From positions 8,888 through 72,887 of the forward strand of contig JAKSRP010000004.1 of the NCBI GenBank assembly GCA_024403555.1: a stretch of DNA of 64,000 nt, written 5' to 3'. This stretch comes from Lachnospiraceae bacterium (GTDB lineage Bacteria; Bacillota; Clostridia; Lachnospirales; Lachnospiraceae). The position numbers and the translations under genes are program-made. Numbering within the stretch: position 1 is the stretch's first letter; each line of letters starts with the position of its first letter. Below the pieces are notes generated by a model that saw only the letters and a list, made by a program, of their open reading frames with translations, searched no databases and had not been told where the DNA came from. This document shows, one piece after another, positions 32,687-41,159 of the stretch.

Positions 32687-33971
32687 GTTTTTTTGCTTCC
32701 TCTATGTCTTTCATAAATGACAATGATCCAAAAATTAAGATGACATCATCAGAAGATGCTTTCTCCATCACTGTCTTTATGGTTTCTTCCACGCTGCCAA
32801 CCACAAATACATTCTCATAATAAGGGGCTGCTGCTTCTGCTAAAAGCTCCTTCTTTAATGCTCTTGGGCTGTCTGACTCCACTGCATAAAAATCATTGCA
32901 ATATGGAGACATAGTACGCAGAATTTTATCATATTCTTTATCTTTTAATACACCCATTATATAGAAAATTCTTTTATTTGTAAAATTCTTTTCCATAAAA
33001 TCAGCCAGACGAAGAGCCGCATCTTCGTTGTGGGCGCCGTCACGAATCATAACCGGATGATGCCCAATTACCTCTAATCGACCTGGCCAGTAGGTTCTTC
33101 TAAGTCCCTCTTCGATTTCAAAAACACCCATGCAGAAATATTTTTTCAGATGCTCGAGCACCTCAATCACTGTGATTGCATTATAAATCTGGTGTTCACC
33201 AAGTAGAGGAATCGTAATTTTACTGTAATAATGACCATCTGCAGTGCGGTAGGAAAAGCTCTGTCCTGAGAGATCGGAACTTAAAATATGAATTCCTTCT
33301 GCATTTGCCATAGTAAGGCGTGCATTCTTTTCTTTTGCTTCTTTTTCTACCACTTTGTATACAGTATCTCCAGATGGATAGAGTACTACATCGGTTCCTT
33401 CTTTGATAATGCCCGCTTTTTCGGTTGCGATTGCTTCTAAAGTGTCTCCTAAAAACTGCATGTGGTCCATGCTGATGGATGCTAAAATCTCCACCAGCGG
33501 TTTTTTGATGATATTTGTGGCATCTAATCGGCCACCCATCCCAGTTTCTAATAAAACGACATCCACTTTTTTCTCACAAAAGTAGGAAAATGCGATTGCA
33601 GTTTCTACTTCAAAGCTGGTTGGATGTGGAAATCCTGCTTCTTCAATATTTCTTGCAGCTTCTTTTACTTTTTCCACCTGTGCAAGCAGATCTTCTTCAC
33701 TGATCCACTGTGTATTTACCTGAAATGCTTCTCTTACATCAAACAGCTGTGGGGAATGATAACGACCGGTTGTATATCCGCTCGTGGATAATACACTTTC
33801 AAGCATCGCTAAGATGCTGCCTTTTCCATTTGTTCCCGCGATGTGGATGACTCGAAGTTTTTCCTGAGGATTTCCGAGTGCTTCAAGAAGTCTCTTGATA
33901 CTGTCAAGTCCTGGTACGCTTCCATATTTTTTTATATCGTTTAAAAAGTTGATTGCTTCTATATATTTCAT
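32655..33971 (-). CDS. folC: Dihydrofolate/folylpolyglutamate synthase (second copy)
   Basis: HIAGTNGKGS, ETGMGGRLDATN, DHMQFLG, WPGRLE, DGAHN. Confidence 0.92.
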   Translation of the reverse strand: MKYIEAINFLNDIKKYGSVPGLDSIKRLLEALGNPQEKLRVIHIAGTNGKGSILAMLESVLSTSGYTTGRYHSPQLFDVREAFQVNTQWISEEDLLAQVEKVKEAARNIEEAGFPHPTSFEVETAIAFSYFCEKKVDVVLLETGMGGRLDATNIIKKPLVEILASISMDHMQFLGDTLEAIATEKAGIIKEGTDVVLYPSGDTVYKVVEKEAKEKNARLTMANAEGIHILSSDLSGQSFSYRTADGHYYSKITIPLLGEHQIYNAITVIEVLEHLKKYFCMGVFEIEEGLRRTYWPGRLEVIGHHPVMIRDGAHNEDAALRLADFMEKNFTNKRIFYIMGVLKDKEYDKILRTMSPYCNDFYAVESDSPRALKKELLAEAAAPYYENVFVVGSVEETIKTVMEKASSDDVILIFGSLSFMKDIEEAKKHGTIPKGSEA

Positions 33972-33981
33972 TTCTTTGCTC

Positions 33982-34932
33982 CTAGATGAGAACTAACTTG
34001 GCAAAATATGCTGCATAAAAGATGAGCATAATGATTCCTGCCGGACGACCAAGTTCCTTTTTGCGTACAGATAAAAGGAATAAAAGAACTGCCACCAAAA
34101 TACCTACAATGGCATCAAAATTGAATTCTGCTGCAAATGGAATTGGCTTGATTAGTGCCGTGGTTCCAAGTACGAATAAAATATTAAATGTATTGCTGCC
34201 GATGATGTTACCAACGGCCAAATCCACCTGTCCTTTTCGTGCCGCCATAACAGAGGTTACAAGTTCTGGAAGAGAAGTTCCAAATGCAACGATGGTAAGT
34301 CCGATGATACGGTCGCTCACCCCAACGACTTCTGCGATGCCGGTAGCACCATTTACCGCTAAGTTACTTCCGATCACGATGCACGCGATACCTAAAACAA
34401 TAAAGAAAAACAGTCTTGGCATCGTGTCTTTTTCTGTGAGCACCATCGCTTCTTCTGCTTCTTTCGATTTGGAAAGAATAATGAGATATATGAAAAATCC
34501 AATGAAAAATGCCCATAAAATGGCGCCATCTAAACGACTGATTACATCTCCTGTCTGTCCAAGGATGAACAACACTGCGGAAATGACAATCAAAAATGGC
34601 ATTTCATAAACTACGGTTGTTTTCTGAATATGCATATGGGCAATCGCTGCGGTGATTCCGAGGATCAATAACACGTTCATAATGTTACTTCCAAGGACAT
34701 TTCCGATGCTGATTCCGGTGCTTCCACGAAGAGCAGATGTGATACTTACGGCTGCTTCCGGTGCACTCGTTCCGAATGCGACAATCGTAAGTCCAATTAC
34801 AATCTGTGGCACGTTAAATTTGGTTGCTACTTTTGAGCTGGCATCAACAAATGCATCTGCACCTTTGATGAGCATCACAAAACCGACAACTAATGTGATG
34901 AAATCCAAGATAATAGAACCAACTACATTCAT
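33982..34932 (-). CDS. Ca2+/Na+ antiporter (CaCA/YrbG family)
   Basis: Two alpha-repeats GTSAPE / GTSLPE and GSNIMN / GSNTFN. Confidence 0.92.
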   Translation of the reverse strand: MNVVGSIILDFITLVVGFVMLIKGADAFVDASSKVATKFNVPQIVIGLTIVAFGTSAPEAAVSITSALRGSTGISIGNVLGSNIMNVLLILGITAAIAHMHIQKTTVVYEMPFLIVISAVLFILGQTGDVISRLDGAILWAFFIGFFIYLIILSKSKEAEEAMVLTEKDTMPRLFFFIVLGIACIVIGSNLAVNGATGIAEVVGVSDRIIGLTIVAFGTSLPELVTSVMAARKGQVDLAVGNIIGSNTFNILFVLGTTALIKPIPFAAEFNFDAIVGILVAVLLFLLSVRKKELGRPAGIIMLIFYAAYFAKLVLI

Positions 34933-34934
34933 CC

Positions 34935-35633
34935 CTATTCCTCCTCGTTAATATTGGCTTTGAGTGATGCTTTTACTAAGCGGAACACACAAAGGACTGC
35001 AAAAACGATTGCGATTCCAATCGTCGCCATAGTTACAAATTTGTTAGAATAGCCAACAATCATGATCAGACCTTTTCGGAAAGTGAGAATACCGAAAATA
35101 GTGAAGATTACAAATGCGATGACTTTAAGGGCTGTATCGGATGTGTTACTTTTAAGAACATATCCAAGCATCATGCCTAAAATATCTGCCGCAAAAAGCC
35201 CGATGGAACATGCAATCCATACGATAAATGCATTTTCTAATCCTTCATTTGCTCCAAAGGTGATGGCGGTAAGCTGTGTTTTATCGCCAAGTTCTGCTAC
35301 AAAGAAGGTTAAGAATACGGCAATCGGAGCAAAGGCTAACACACCTTTTTTGCCACCTTCTTCTTCATCGTCATCCTCATCTCCAATGGATGTCAATGCA
35401 AAGTATAAGAATGCAAGTGCAGCGATTAATTTGATCAGCCAGTCTGGAATAATTGCACTAACTAAACCGCCTGCTAAAACCGCAATCCCATTCAATACTA
35501 AAATTGCCGCTGCCGTTCCAAGTACAATATCTCGAAGCTTATATCTTGAAGTCATTCCCACAAGCATAAGCTGTGTTTTATCTCCCATTTCTGCAATAAA
35601 TTCCGTTAACATGATTTTTAAAAATAATAACAT
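34935..35633 (-). CDS. TMEM165/GDT1 (UPF0016) family Mn2+/Ca2+ transporter
   Basis: Two signature motifs EMGDKTQ and ELGDKTQ; AAGGAG RBS before ATG 35633. Confidence 0.92.
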   Translation of the reverse strand: MLLFLKIMLTEFIAEMGDKTQLMLVGMTSRYKLRDIVLGTAAAILVLNGIAVLAGGLVSAIIPDWLIKLIAALAFLYFALTSIGDEDDDEEEGGKKGVLAFAPIAVFLTFFVAELGDKTQLTAITFGANEGLENAFIVWIACSIGLFAADILGMMLGYVLKSNTSDTALKVIAFVIFTIFGILTFRKGLIMIVGYSNKFVTMATIGIAIVFAVLCVFRLVKASLKANINEEE

Positions 35634-35671
35634 TGTTCTTTTCTCCTTTTGATTGGTTTGTGGGTGGAATA

Positions 35672-35820
35672 CACATGAATGTGCAGATAATTTAAATAGA
35701 GTTTCGCTCGCGAAATTCTCGTGCCGAGTGCGGTCGCAAAGCGACACCTACCTTTCGCGCGAGAGCACATCCTCCGGAGGGTTTTTAATTATCTGCACAT
35801 TCATGTGCAGATAATTAAAA
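35672..35820. repeat. Palindromic REP/MITE-like element in the riboswitch leader
   Basis: Perfect 21-bp inverted repeat 35672-35692 / 35787-35807; terminal hairpin 35783-35820; 19-nt CATCCTCCGGAGGGTTTTT shared with 48773-48791. Confidence 0.65.
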
Positions 35821-35901
35821 AGACCCATATGCGCTTGCCTTTTCCTTTTTCAGGGGTGCCAAAATCTTACCGGGCACAAAAAGCCAAGCGCACATGAGTC
35901 T
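35815..35901 (-). terminator. Riboswitch expression-platform terminator
   Basis: 35821-35837 pairs with 35885-35901 (overlapping the aptamer 3' strand), followed by a U-tract on the minus strand. Confidence 0.7.
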
Positions 35902-36012
35902 CATTCATTAAGATATGCCAGGTAATACTCTCGATCTACTACCAGAATGTTGACATATCACGCATCCATTGTGTTTAGTTGACACTATCGATGCGCAAAC
36001 TACTCCCTCAGA
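35893..36012 (-). ncRNA. yybP-ykoY (Mn2+-sensing) riboswitch aptamer
   Basis: Minus strand reads TGAGGGAGTAG...ATGTCAACAT...TGGCATATC...GAGACTCA, matching the yybP-ykoY conserved segments; upstream of a UPF0016 gene, a typical target. Confidence 0.85.
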
Positions 36013-36040
36013 GCGTTATGTATGTTTTTATACTCTAATA

Positions 36041-36070
36041 ATTATAATCCCTTTTTCTTGTTAAAGTCAA
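36041..36070 (-). promoter_or_regulatory. Sigma-A promoter for the riboswitch leader
   Basis: TTGACT-N18-TATAAT on the minus strand. Confidence 0.65.
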
Positions 36071-36122
36071 TATGTGATGATATGGAAGTTTGGGTTGTGG
36101 ATGAGTGGTATTTCTATCATTA

Positions 36123-36911
36123 TTATGTAAAATAATGCTCAATTATTGTATTTAACACTTCAATATCTAGCCCTTTTCCTTCAACTTCAGCAGTAAATAG
36201 GAGAGATTCTCCTTGTAAATAACCGGCTCTTTGATATTGAGTTAATTTATTAAAATTATTACGCATATATTCTGGATTATCGAACAAGCCTAAATGTTCT
36301 AAAATGTAGACTCGTCTTGTTCTTTTATTCAAAACCATGAAATCAGGATAAAAAGTTGTATAGCTATCGATATCGACTGGATATTCATAGCGATAAGGAA
36401 TTCCTGCGGCAAAAAGGCGGTCAGCTATGATTTGTTCTGACTTAGATCTAACATGTTCTCCATTTAATGTATAGTAAGGATGCGGTTTTTGATAAGAATT
36501 CTGCGATGCACTCTTTTTCGACAGCCAGATTTTGGCATAATCATCATCTGAAAGCACATAAGGACTTATCATCGTTTTTCTAACTGGATTCATACTTGTA
36601 TAAATATCGCCTAATTCTTTAGGTTGGTAATTATTTAGTAATTTCTTAATGCCATCAAGTTGTTTTCTTGCATGATAAAGCAAATTTGTCTCATAATCAC
36701 GTTGTGCGATTGCATACGCAGTCTTATGTTCATTCTTTCTGAGAAATTTATATGGCTCTTCTTTCGTTCTGCGATATTGTATAGAGATCGGCATAGTTTT
36801 TTTTACTTTAATCTGACCTTTTATATGTCTGTATTTGGATCTTTCAACTTTCGCTATTAACGATTCTAATTCTTTCTGCTTCTGTCGTAGTGCTTCTTCA
36901 AGATATGACAT
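36123..36911 (-). CDS. Hypothetical protein with C-terminal Vsr/DUF559-like PD-(D/E)XK nuclease fold
   Basis: VRSKSEQIIAD...YRYE...FYPDF...ILEHLG motif set; basic helical N-terminus; AAAGGAGG RBS. Confidence 0.65.
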   Translation of the reverse strand: MSYLEEALRQKQKELESLIAKVERSKYRHIKGQIKVKKTMPISIQYRRTKEEPYKFLRKNEHKTAYAIAQRDYETNLLYHARKQLDGIKKLLNNYQPKELGDIYTSMNPVRKTMISPYVLSDDDYAKIWLSKKSASQNSYQKPHPYYTLNGEHVRSKSEQIIADRLFAAGIPYRYEYPVDIDSYTTFYPDFMVLNKRTRRVYILEHLGLFDNPEYMRNNFNKLTQYQRAGYLQGESLLFTAEVEGKGLDIEVLNTIIEHYFT

Positions 36912-36937
36912 AAAGGCAGCCTCCTTTCATGAATATA

Positions 36938-37370
36938 ATGCTCTTATTCTGTAATTTTCATTAGAAGTGTGATGGCAATTTTGCGGTGATGCTCTTTTTT
37001 CTTCTTTTCATTGAGAGTGTGATAGCGAAATTTTGACAATGCTCTTTTAAGCCTAAAGCATTTCAAAGTGTGATAGTTTTTTCTCTGCCAACAATATGGA
37101 AGTTATTTACATAGTGTATATTATCATAATTGTTATATTTTTACAAGTATATGTTTTATTTACTTTTATTTTTTGTGCATCCATCACACTTTGAACCAAT
37201 AACGCAAAATAAGAGCATTCACAAAAAATTACTATCACACTTTGAATTAAAAGCCCTAAAAAAGAGCATAGCAGGAAAAATGCTATTACACTCTGAATGA
37301 AAAACTCGAAAAAAGAGCATTCGCAAAATTTTACTATCACACACGAAAATAAAAGTCCAGAAAAAGTGAT
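36938..37370. repeat. Phased half-site array A (51-bp period, two mirror-image arms)
   Basis: ATGCTCTT at 36938/36989/37039 and GTGTGAT at 36967/37017/37068; mirror ATCACAC at 37183/37234/37285 (ATTACAC)/37336 and AAGAGCAT at 37211/37262/37313. Confidence 0.85.
37118..37146 (-). promoter_or_regulatory. Sigma-A promoter at the centre of array A, facing the nuclease gene
   Basis: TTGTAA-N17-TAATAT with extended TG. Confidence 0.6.
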
Positions 37371-37435
37371 AATTTGCCGATTTAATATGCCGATTTAATT
37401 TGCCGTTTGAATTTGTCCGATTTAATTTGCCCGAT
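37371..37435. repeat. 5 x ~13-bp tandem repeat (AATTTGCCGATTT)
   Basis: Units start at 37371, 37384, 37397, 37410, 37424. Confidence 0.85.
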
Positions 37436-37526
37436 CCCAGCAAAACTCAAACAAAAAAAGAACCGCGCAGGTTATTGGTACAAGCCAACAACCTACACGG
37501 CTCTCTCTATAAATAAATCTCTCAAA

Positions 37527-39017
37527 CTACTCTACATTAATGGTATGACATTCAACGTCAATTTTTACGTTCGCATCTGCTTTAAAGGAAATTCCGTCGA
37601 TATCAAGATCTGTGTAAATAACACCTGTACATGTCTGTGCACCATCATTTACGAATAATTCCATGCTGTCTTTGTCGATGATGGCACGGAACTTGATTTC
37701 GCCACCTAAATCAGAAACATAAAATTCACGTTTCTGGACAATATCAAAACGAACACCACTTTCAGAACGGTCAACCATAACCGTACCCTTTTCGCGGTCA
37801 TAAATTACAGAAGTATGGAAACGATCATTTTTCGCAATCTGAAGTTCAAATACTTTATAGTCATCTTCTGGTTTCACGGAAACAGTCATATCGATGTAAC
37901 GACCTTTTACGTCATCAAAAGATGTTTCTTCACAAACAGTCACATCCTTATGATAAGCAGAAGCAACACGATAATTGTCTAATTCTTTTACCGGTTCCTG
38001 ATAAAGTCTGCCATCACGAACATGAAGCTCACGTGGAAGAGTCATTGCACTAAAATAATGAATGTCTGGCATCTTGAACGAAACATTTGTCCAGTTCATC
38101 ATCCACGCAATCATGATGCGGCGGCCATCTTCTGTCTCTAAAGTCTGAGGCGCATAGAAGTCGGTTCCATAATCGATCGCATGCAAATGCTCCCTTGTAA
38201 ATTTTAAGTTTTCTTTATCGTAATCCCCAATGATTGTAAGTGTTCCGTATCCTGGATGGAACTCAAGACCATCTGTCTGCATCTCCTGCGGGCTGCCAAG
38301 AAGAACCCATTTGCCGTCTAATAAGAAAAAGTCCGGACATTCCCAAATCTTGCCGTATTCGTTGTGGCATTCATCTAAGATGCCCATGTATTTCCAGTTC
38401 AGTCCATCTTCACTTTCATACATAAGTACACGTCCACTGCCGTCGTCCGGGCGATTTGCTAAAAGCACGATGTAACGACCGTCTTCCTTGTAAATTTTAG
38501 GATCACGGAAATCAAGCCAGTTTCCGCCTTCCGGAATATCTTCTACATTGATGATCGGATTATTTTCTAATTTTACAAAATCAATCCCATCGCCAATTGC
38601 TGCACACTGATGCTGGAGATCCTGGTCTGGTCTGCCCTTCTCATCAACACCTTTGCAGCCGCCTGTATAAAGAAGAAGCTGACGGCCATCTTCAAGCTCA
38701 ATCGCACTTCCAGAAAAACAGCCGTTGGATTCATATTCATGCTCTGGAGCAAGTGCACAAGGCAAAAATTCCCATTTGATGAAATCGTTTGTTTTTGCGT
38801 GGCCCCAGTGAGTTGGACCCCATTCAACTTTGTACGGATAATACTGATAGAATAAATGATATTCTCCTTTGTAAATGGAGAAGCCGTTTGGATCGTTCAT
38901 CCATCCAACCATCGGTGTGATGTGAAACATCTGTCTTTCTGGATCCGCATCCTTTTTATGTAAAGTTTCGTATTCTCTTGCTAACTGTAATGGATTTTTT
39001 TTGATTGAATCGCCCAT
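37527..39017 (-). CDS. GH32 beta-fructofuranosidase / sucrose-6-phosphate hydrolase
   Basis: WMNDPNG, FSGSA, FRDP and WECPD motifs. Confidence 0.93.
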   Translation of the reverse strand: MGDSIKKNPLQLAREYETLHKKDADPERQMFHITPMVGWMNDPNGFSIYKGEYHLFYQYYPYKVEWGPTHWGHAKTNDFIKWEFLPCALAPEHEYESNGCFSGSAIELEDGRQLLLYTGGCKGVDEKGRPDQDLQHQCAAIGDGIDFVKLENNPIINVEDIPEGGNWLDFRDPKIYKEDGRYIVLLANRPDDGSGRVLMYESEDGLNWKYMGILDECHNEYGKIWECPDFFLLDGKWVLLGSPQEMQTDGLEFHPGYGTLTIIGDYDKENLKFTREHLHAIDYGTDFYAPQTLETEDGRRIMIAWMMNWTNVSFKMPDIHYFSAMTLPRELHVRDGRLYQEPVKELDNYRVASAYHKDVTVCEETSFDDVKGRYIDMTVSVKPEDDYKVFELQIAKNDRFHTSVIYDREKGTVMVDRSESGVRFDIVQKREFYVSDLGGEIKFRAIIDKDSMELFVNDGAQTCTGVIYTDLDIDGISFKADANVKIDVECHTINVE

Positions 39018-39153
39018 TTTCTAAGTCCTCCCATTTTGAAAATGATTTTATGTCATTCGATTAGCATAATAGTAACACACATTAAAAAACGAAAAAAAGT
39101 ACAATCTATACAAAGAAACAAACAAATTGTTGGCTATTTATAGACGCTTTCAG

Positions 39154-39168
39154 AATTGTCTGATAATT
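39154..39168 (+). promoter_or_regulatory. CodY-like box
   Basis: AATTGTCTGATAATT, 2 mismatches to AATTTTCWGAAAATT; conserved in the second copy. Confidence 0.55.
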
Positions 39169-39203
39169 ATTTATATTTTTATATAAATATCTAAAAATAC
39201 ACC

Positions 39204-39232
39204 TTGACAAATCTGTATAGTGCGATTATAAT
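39204..39232 (+). promoter_or_regulatory. Consensus sigma-A promoter
   Basis: TTGACA-N17-TATAAT. Confidence 0.85.
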
Positions 39233-39238
39233 AAAGAC

Positions 39239-39432
39239 ATAAACAACAAGTACAGAAAATAAACATAGGAGGTATAGTCCAATGTAAAATTTTCAAATCC
39301 AATATTATTTGTTAATAATAACTTGGACAGGACAAAAAATTAATAGAAAGCGAGGTTATACAGTGAGACTTCTAGAAATTCAGTAAAAGACCATCTAATT
39401 AATGTCAACTAATTAGATGGTCTTCTTTTTTT
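39239..39432 (+). ncRNA. Candidate small RNA / micro-ORF transcript, copy 1
   Basis: Consensus promoter, no long ORF, strong terminator 39387-39432; paralogous inverted copy at 40762-41015. Confidence 0.65.
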
Positions 39433-39467
39433 GTTTCAACTATGAACTTTTCTACAATAAGCAACTT

Positions 39468-40127
39468 CTACTTAACTTTTCTTCCGGAAGCGACTTCAAA
39501 GTGATATTTTACAATACCAAGATCTGTCTTTGTGCAAAATCCCACGCCAGAAACTCGAATAGCTGGTTCTCCATCTACCATACCAATCTTAAACTTCTGC
39601 TGATTTGTTGCAGTTGGAGCGAGCAGCGCAGCATTTACCCCATCCGCAAACCAGCCAGGCATAGCTCCCTGAGTTGCGAGAACGTCTTTCATCAGCTTGC
39701 TTGTTCTTGGCTGTCCTTCATTTTCTCCATAACCAAGCGCGATTACCATGCAGAGCTTTTCGCCCTTTGGCACTAATTTTTTCACGACCTTTTTGTTAAA
39801 TGTCATTGCAACCCAGCAGGTATTTAAGCCAAGTCGCTGCGCCTCTAGTACTAACATTTCTCCGTAGTATCCACAACGTTCCTCAAAATCCTGAGATGGC
39901 GCACCCTTTAAAACAATGTAGTTAGAAACATTCGAAAACTTGCCATAGTGAGCAAGACGAGCATCAAATCCTGTCGGATCATCGTATACAATCTGAATAT
40001 TTAATCCACTTTCTTCATTTGCCTGTGCAGCAAATGCATCCATCTGATCTCGAAGTTCTTCTTCGATCGGAATATCTTTATATGCGCGCACGGAATGACG
40101 CGCTCTGATTGCTTCTAAAATTGTCAT
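39468..40127 (-). CDS. Nitroreductase family protein (TM1586-like)
   Basis: EAIRARHSVRAY, GYYGEMLVLEAQRLGLNTCW, APTATNQQ, DLGIVKYHFE. Confidence 0.85.
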   Translation of the reverse strand: MTILEAIRARHSVRAYKDIPIEEELRDQMDAFAAQANEESGLNIQIVYDDPTGFDARLAHYGKFSNVSNYIVLKGAPSQDFEERCGYYGEMLVLEAQRLGLNTCWVAMTFNKKVVKKLVPKGEKLCMVIALGYGENEGQPRTSKLMKDVLATQGAMPGWFADGVNAALLAPTATNQQKFKIGMVDGEPAIRVSGVGFCTKTDLGIVKYHFEVASGRKVK

Positions 40128-40321
40128 GATTTTTTCCTCCTGTAATCATCTTTCATGATTATAGCACATTTGCTGATGTTAGCAAATGCAGGGAAGATTC
40201 GCAGGCGTCTTAAGCTCTGGAAAATTGCTCTTACTTTTCAGATATTTCTGGGAATACTTGCTGTTTATTTATAAAGATAATTGCTCTTATTATTGATGAT
40301 CGCGCTAATAAATTGGGAATC

Positions 40322-40678
40322 GTTCTTATAACATTGTAATAATTCAAAAGAGGTATAGTGTTAGCGAGTTTATCCTCATTTGTGTCTTACATTATTAAAA
40401 AGAGTATATATTATTTTATCGCATGCCTCTTTAATGAAATAGTTTTTGAAAAGAGGGTATATTTCGCTTCAAAGCGACCTTGATGCATGTAATTCTAGGG
40501 TATAAATGCACTTTGTAACAAGTTTTTGCAATATACATATACTCATAACTCTATAAAAAAATCAAAATGAGGTACTCCGGAAAAAAACGTATACTCTTTT
40601 AAAAATTTAACAGCAATAAGAGGTACCATCGATTTTTTAACATACTCATTTTAAAAAAAAGATCATAAAAGAGGTGCG
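40322..40678. repeat. Phased half-site array B (orphan)
   Basis: Alternating AAGAG(G/T)A and (A/C)CTC(T/A)TT cores at 40350, 40375, 40402, 40427, 40453 and 40542, 40569, 40594, 40620, 40645, 40671. Confidence 0.75.
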
Positions 40679-40761
40679 CTACATGACCGGTAATATAAGT
40701 TAATATAAAAATCTTTTAGGATATAAGAAAAATCATGTAGAATCGTAGTTTTCTATACAAC

Positions 40762-41015
40762 AAAAAAAGACCATCTAATTAATTATTCTAATTAGATGGT
40801 CTACTAATGAATTTCTAGAAGTCTCACTGTATAACCTCGCTTTCTATTGATTTGTTGTCGTGTCCAGGTTATTAAAAAATTAATACTGGAATGGTAGTTA
40901 TTTCATTGGATTGTACCTCCGGGATTTTATAGTTTTGAATAAAAAATTAATTAAGCTGGTGGTCCGTCCTCCTAGTCTTATTTTTTTATTAGAATTAGTG
41001 TTCTTTGTTGTTTAT
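40762..41015 (-). ncRNA. Candidate small RNA / micro-ORF transcript, copy 2
   Basis: Same promoter, TAGAAAGCGAGGTTATACAGTGAGACTTCTAGAAATTCA core and GACCATCTAATT terminator as copy 1. Confidence 0.65.
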
Positions 41016-41021
41016 GTCTTT

Positions 41022-41099
41022 ATTATAATCGCACTATATATTTTTGTCAATACCTATTTTTAGTTTTTTTATATTATATTTTTATATTATCTGACAATT
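41022..41099 (-). promoter_or_regulatory. Consensus sigma-A promoter (41022-41050) with CodY-like box (41085-41099)
   Basis: TTGACA-N17-TATAAT; AATTGTCAGATAATA at a similar distance upstream as in copy 1. Confidence 0.75.
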
Positions 41100-41159
41100 C
41101 GACGTGAACAAAAGGACATGTCAGCATATTCCACTTGCATGTCCTAACTCTCAAAATCT

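Noticed and set aside
34022-35652. Long antisense ORFs opposite the transporters (and similar ones opposite pyrG, gltB, carB)
   Set aside because: Shadow frames of well-supported genes with no recognisable motifs.
36938-37370. Array A as a CRISPR array
   Set aside because: The conserved boxes are only 7-10 bp, the two arms are inverted, the spacers are AT-tract rich and no cas genes are present.
37107-37443. ORFs 37107-37340 and 37219-37443 (also 52948-53491) with repeated peptide motifs
   Set aside because: Artefacts of the 51-bp (17-codon) DNA periodicity; no convincing RBS.
39239-39432. Type I toxin-antitoxin locus
   Set aside because: No hydrophobic 25-50-aa ORF on either strand overlapping the units.
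39154-41099. Inverted duplicated units as ends of a composite transposon or invertible segment carrying the nitroreductase
   Set aside because: No transposase or recombinase nearby and no target duplication seen; conservation follows promoter, RBS and terminator elements rather than terminal repeats.
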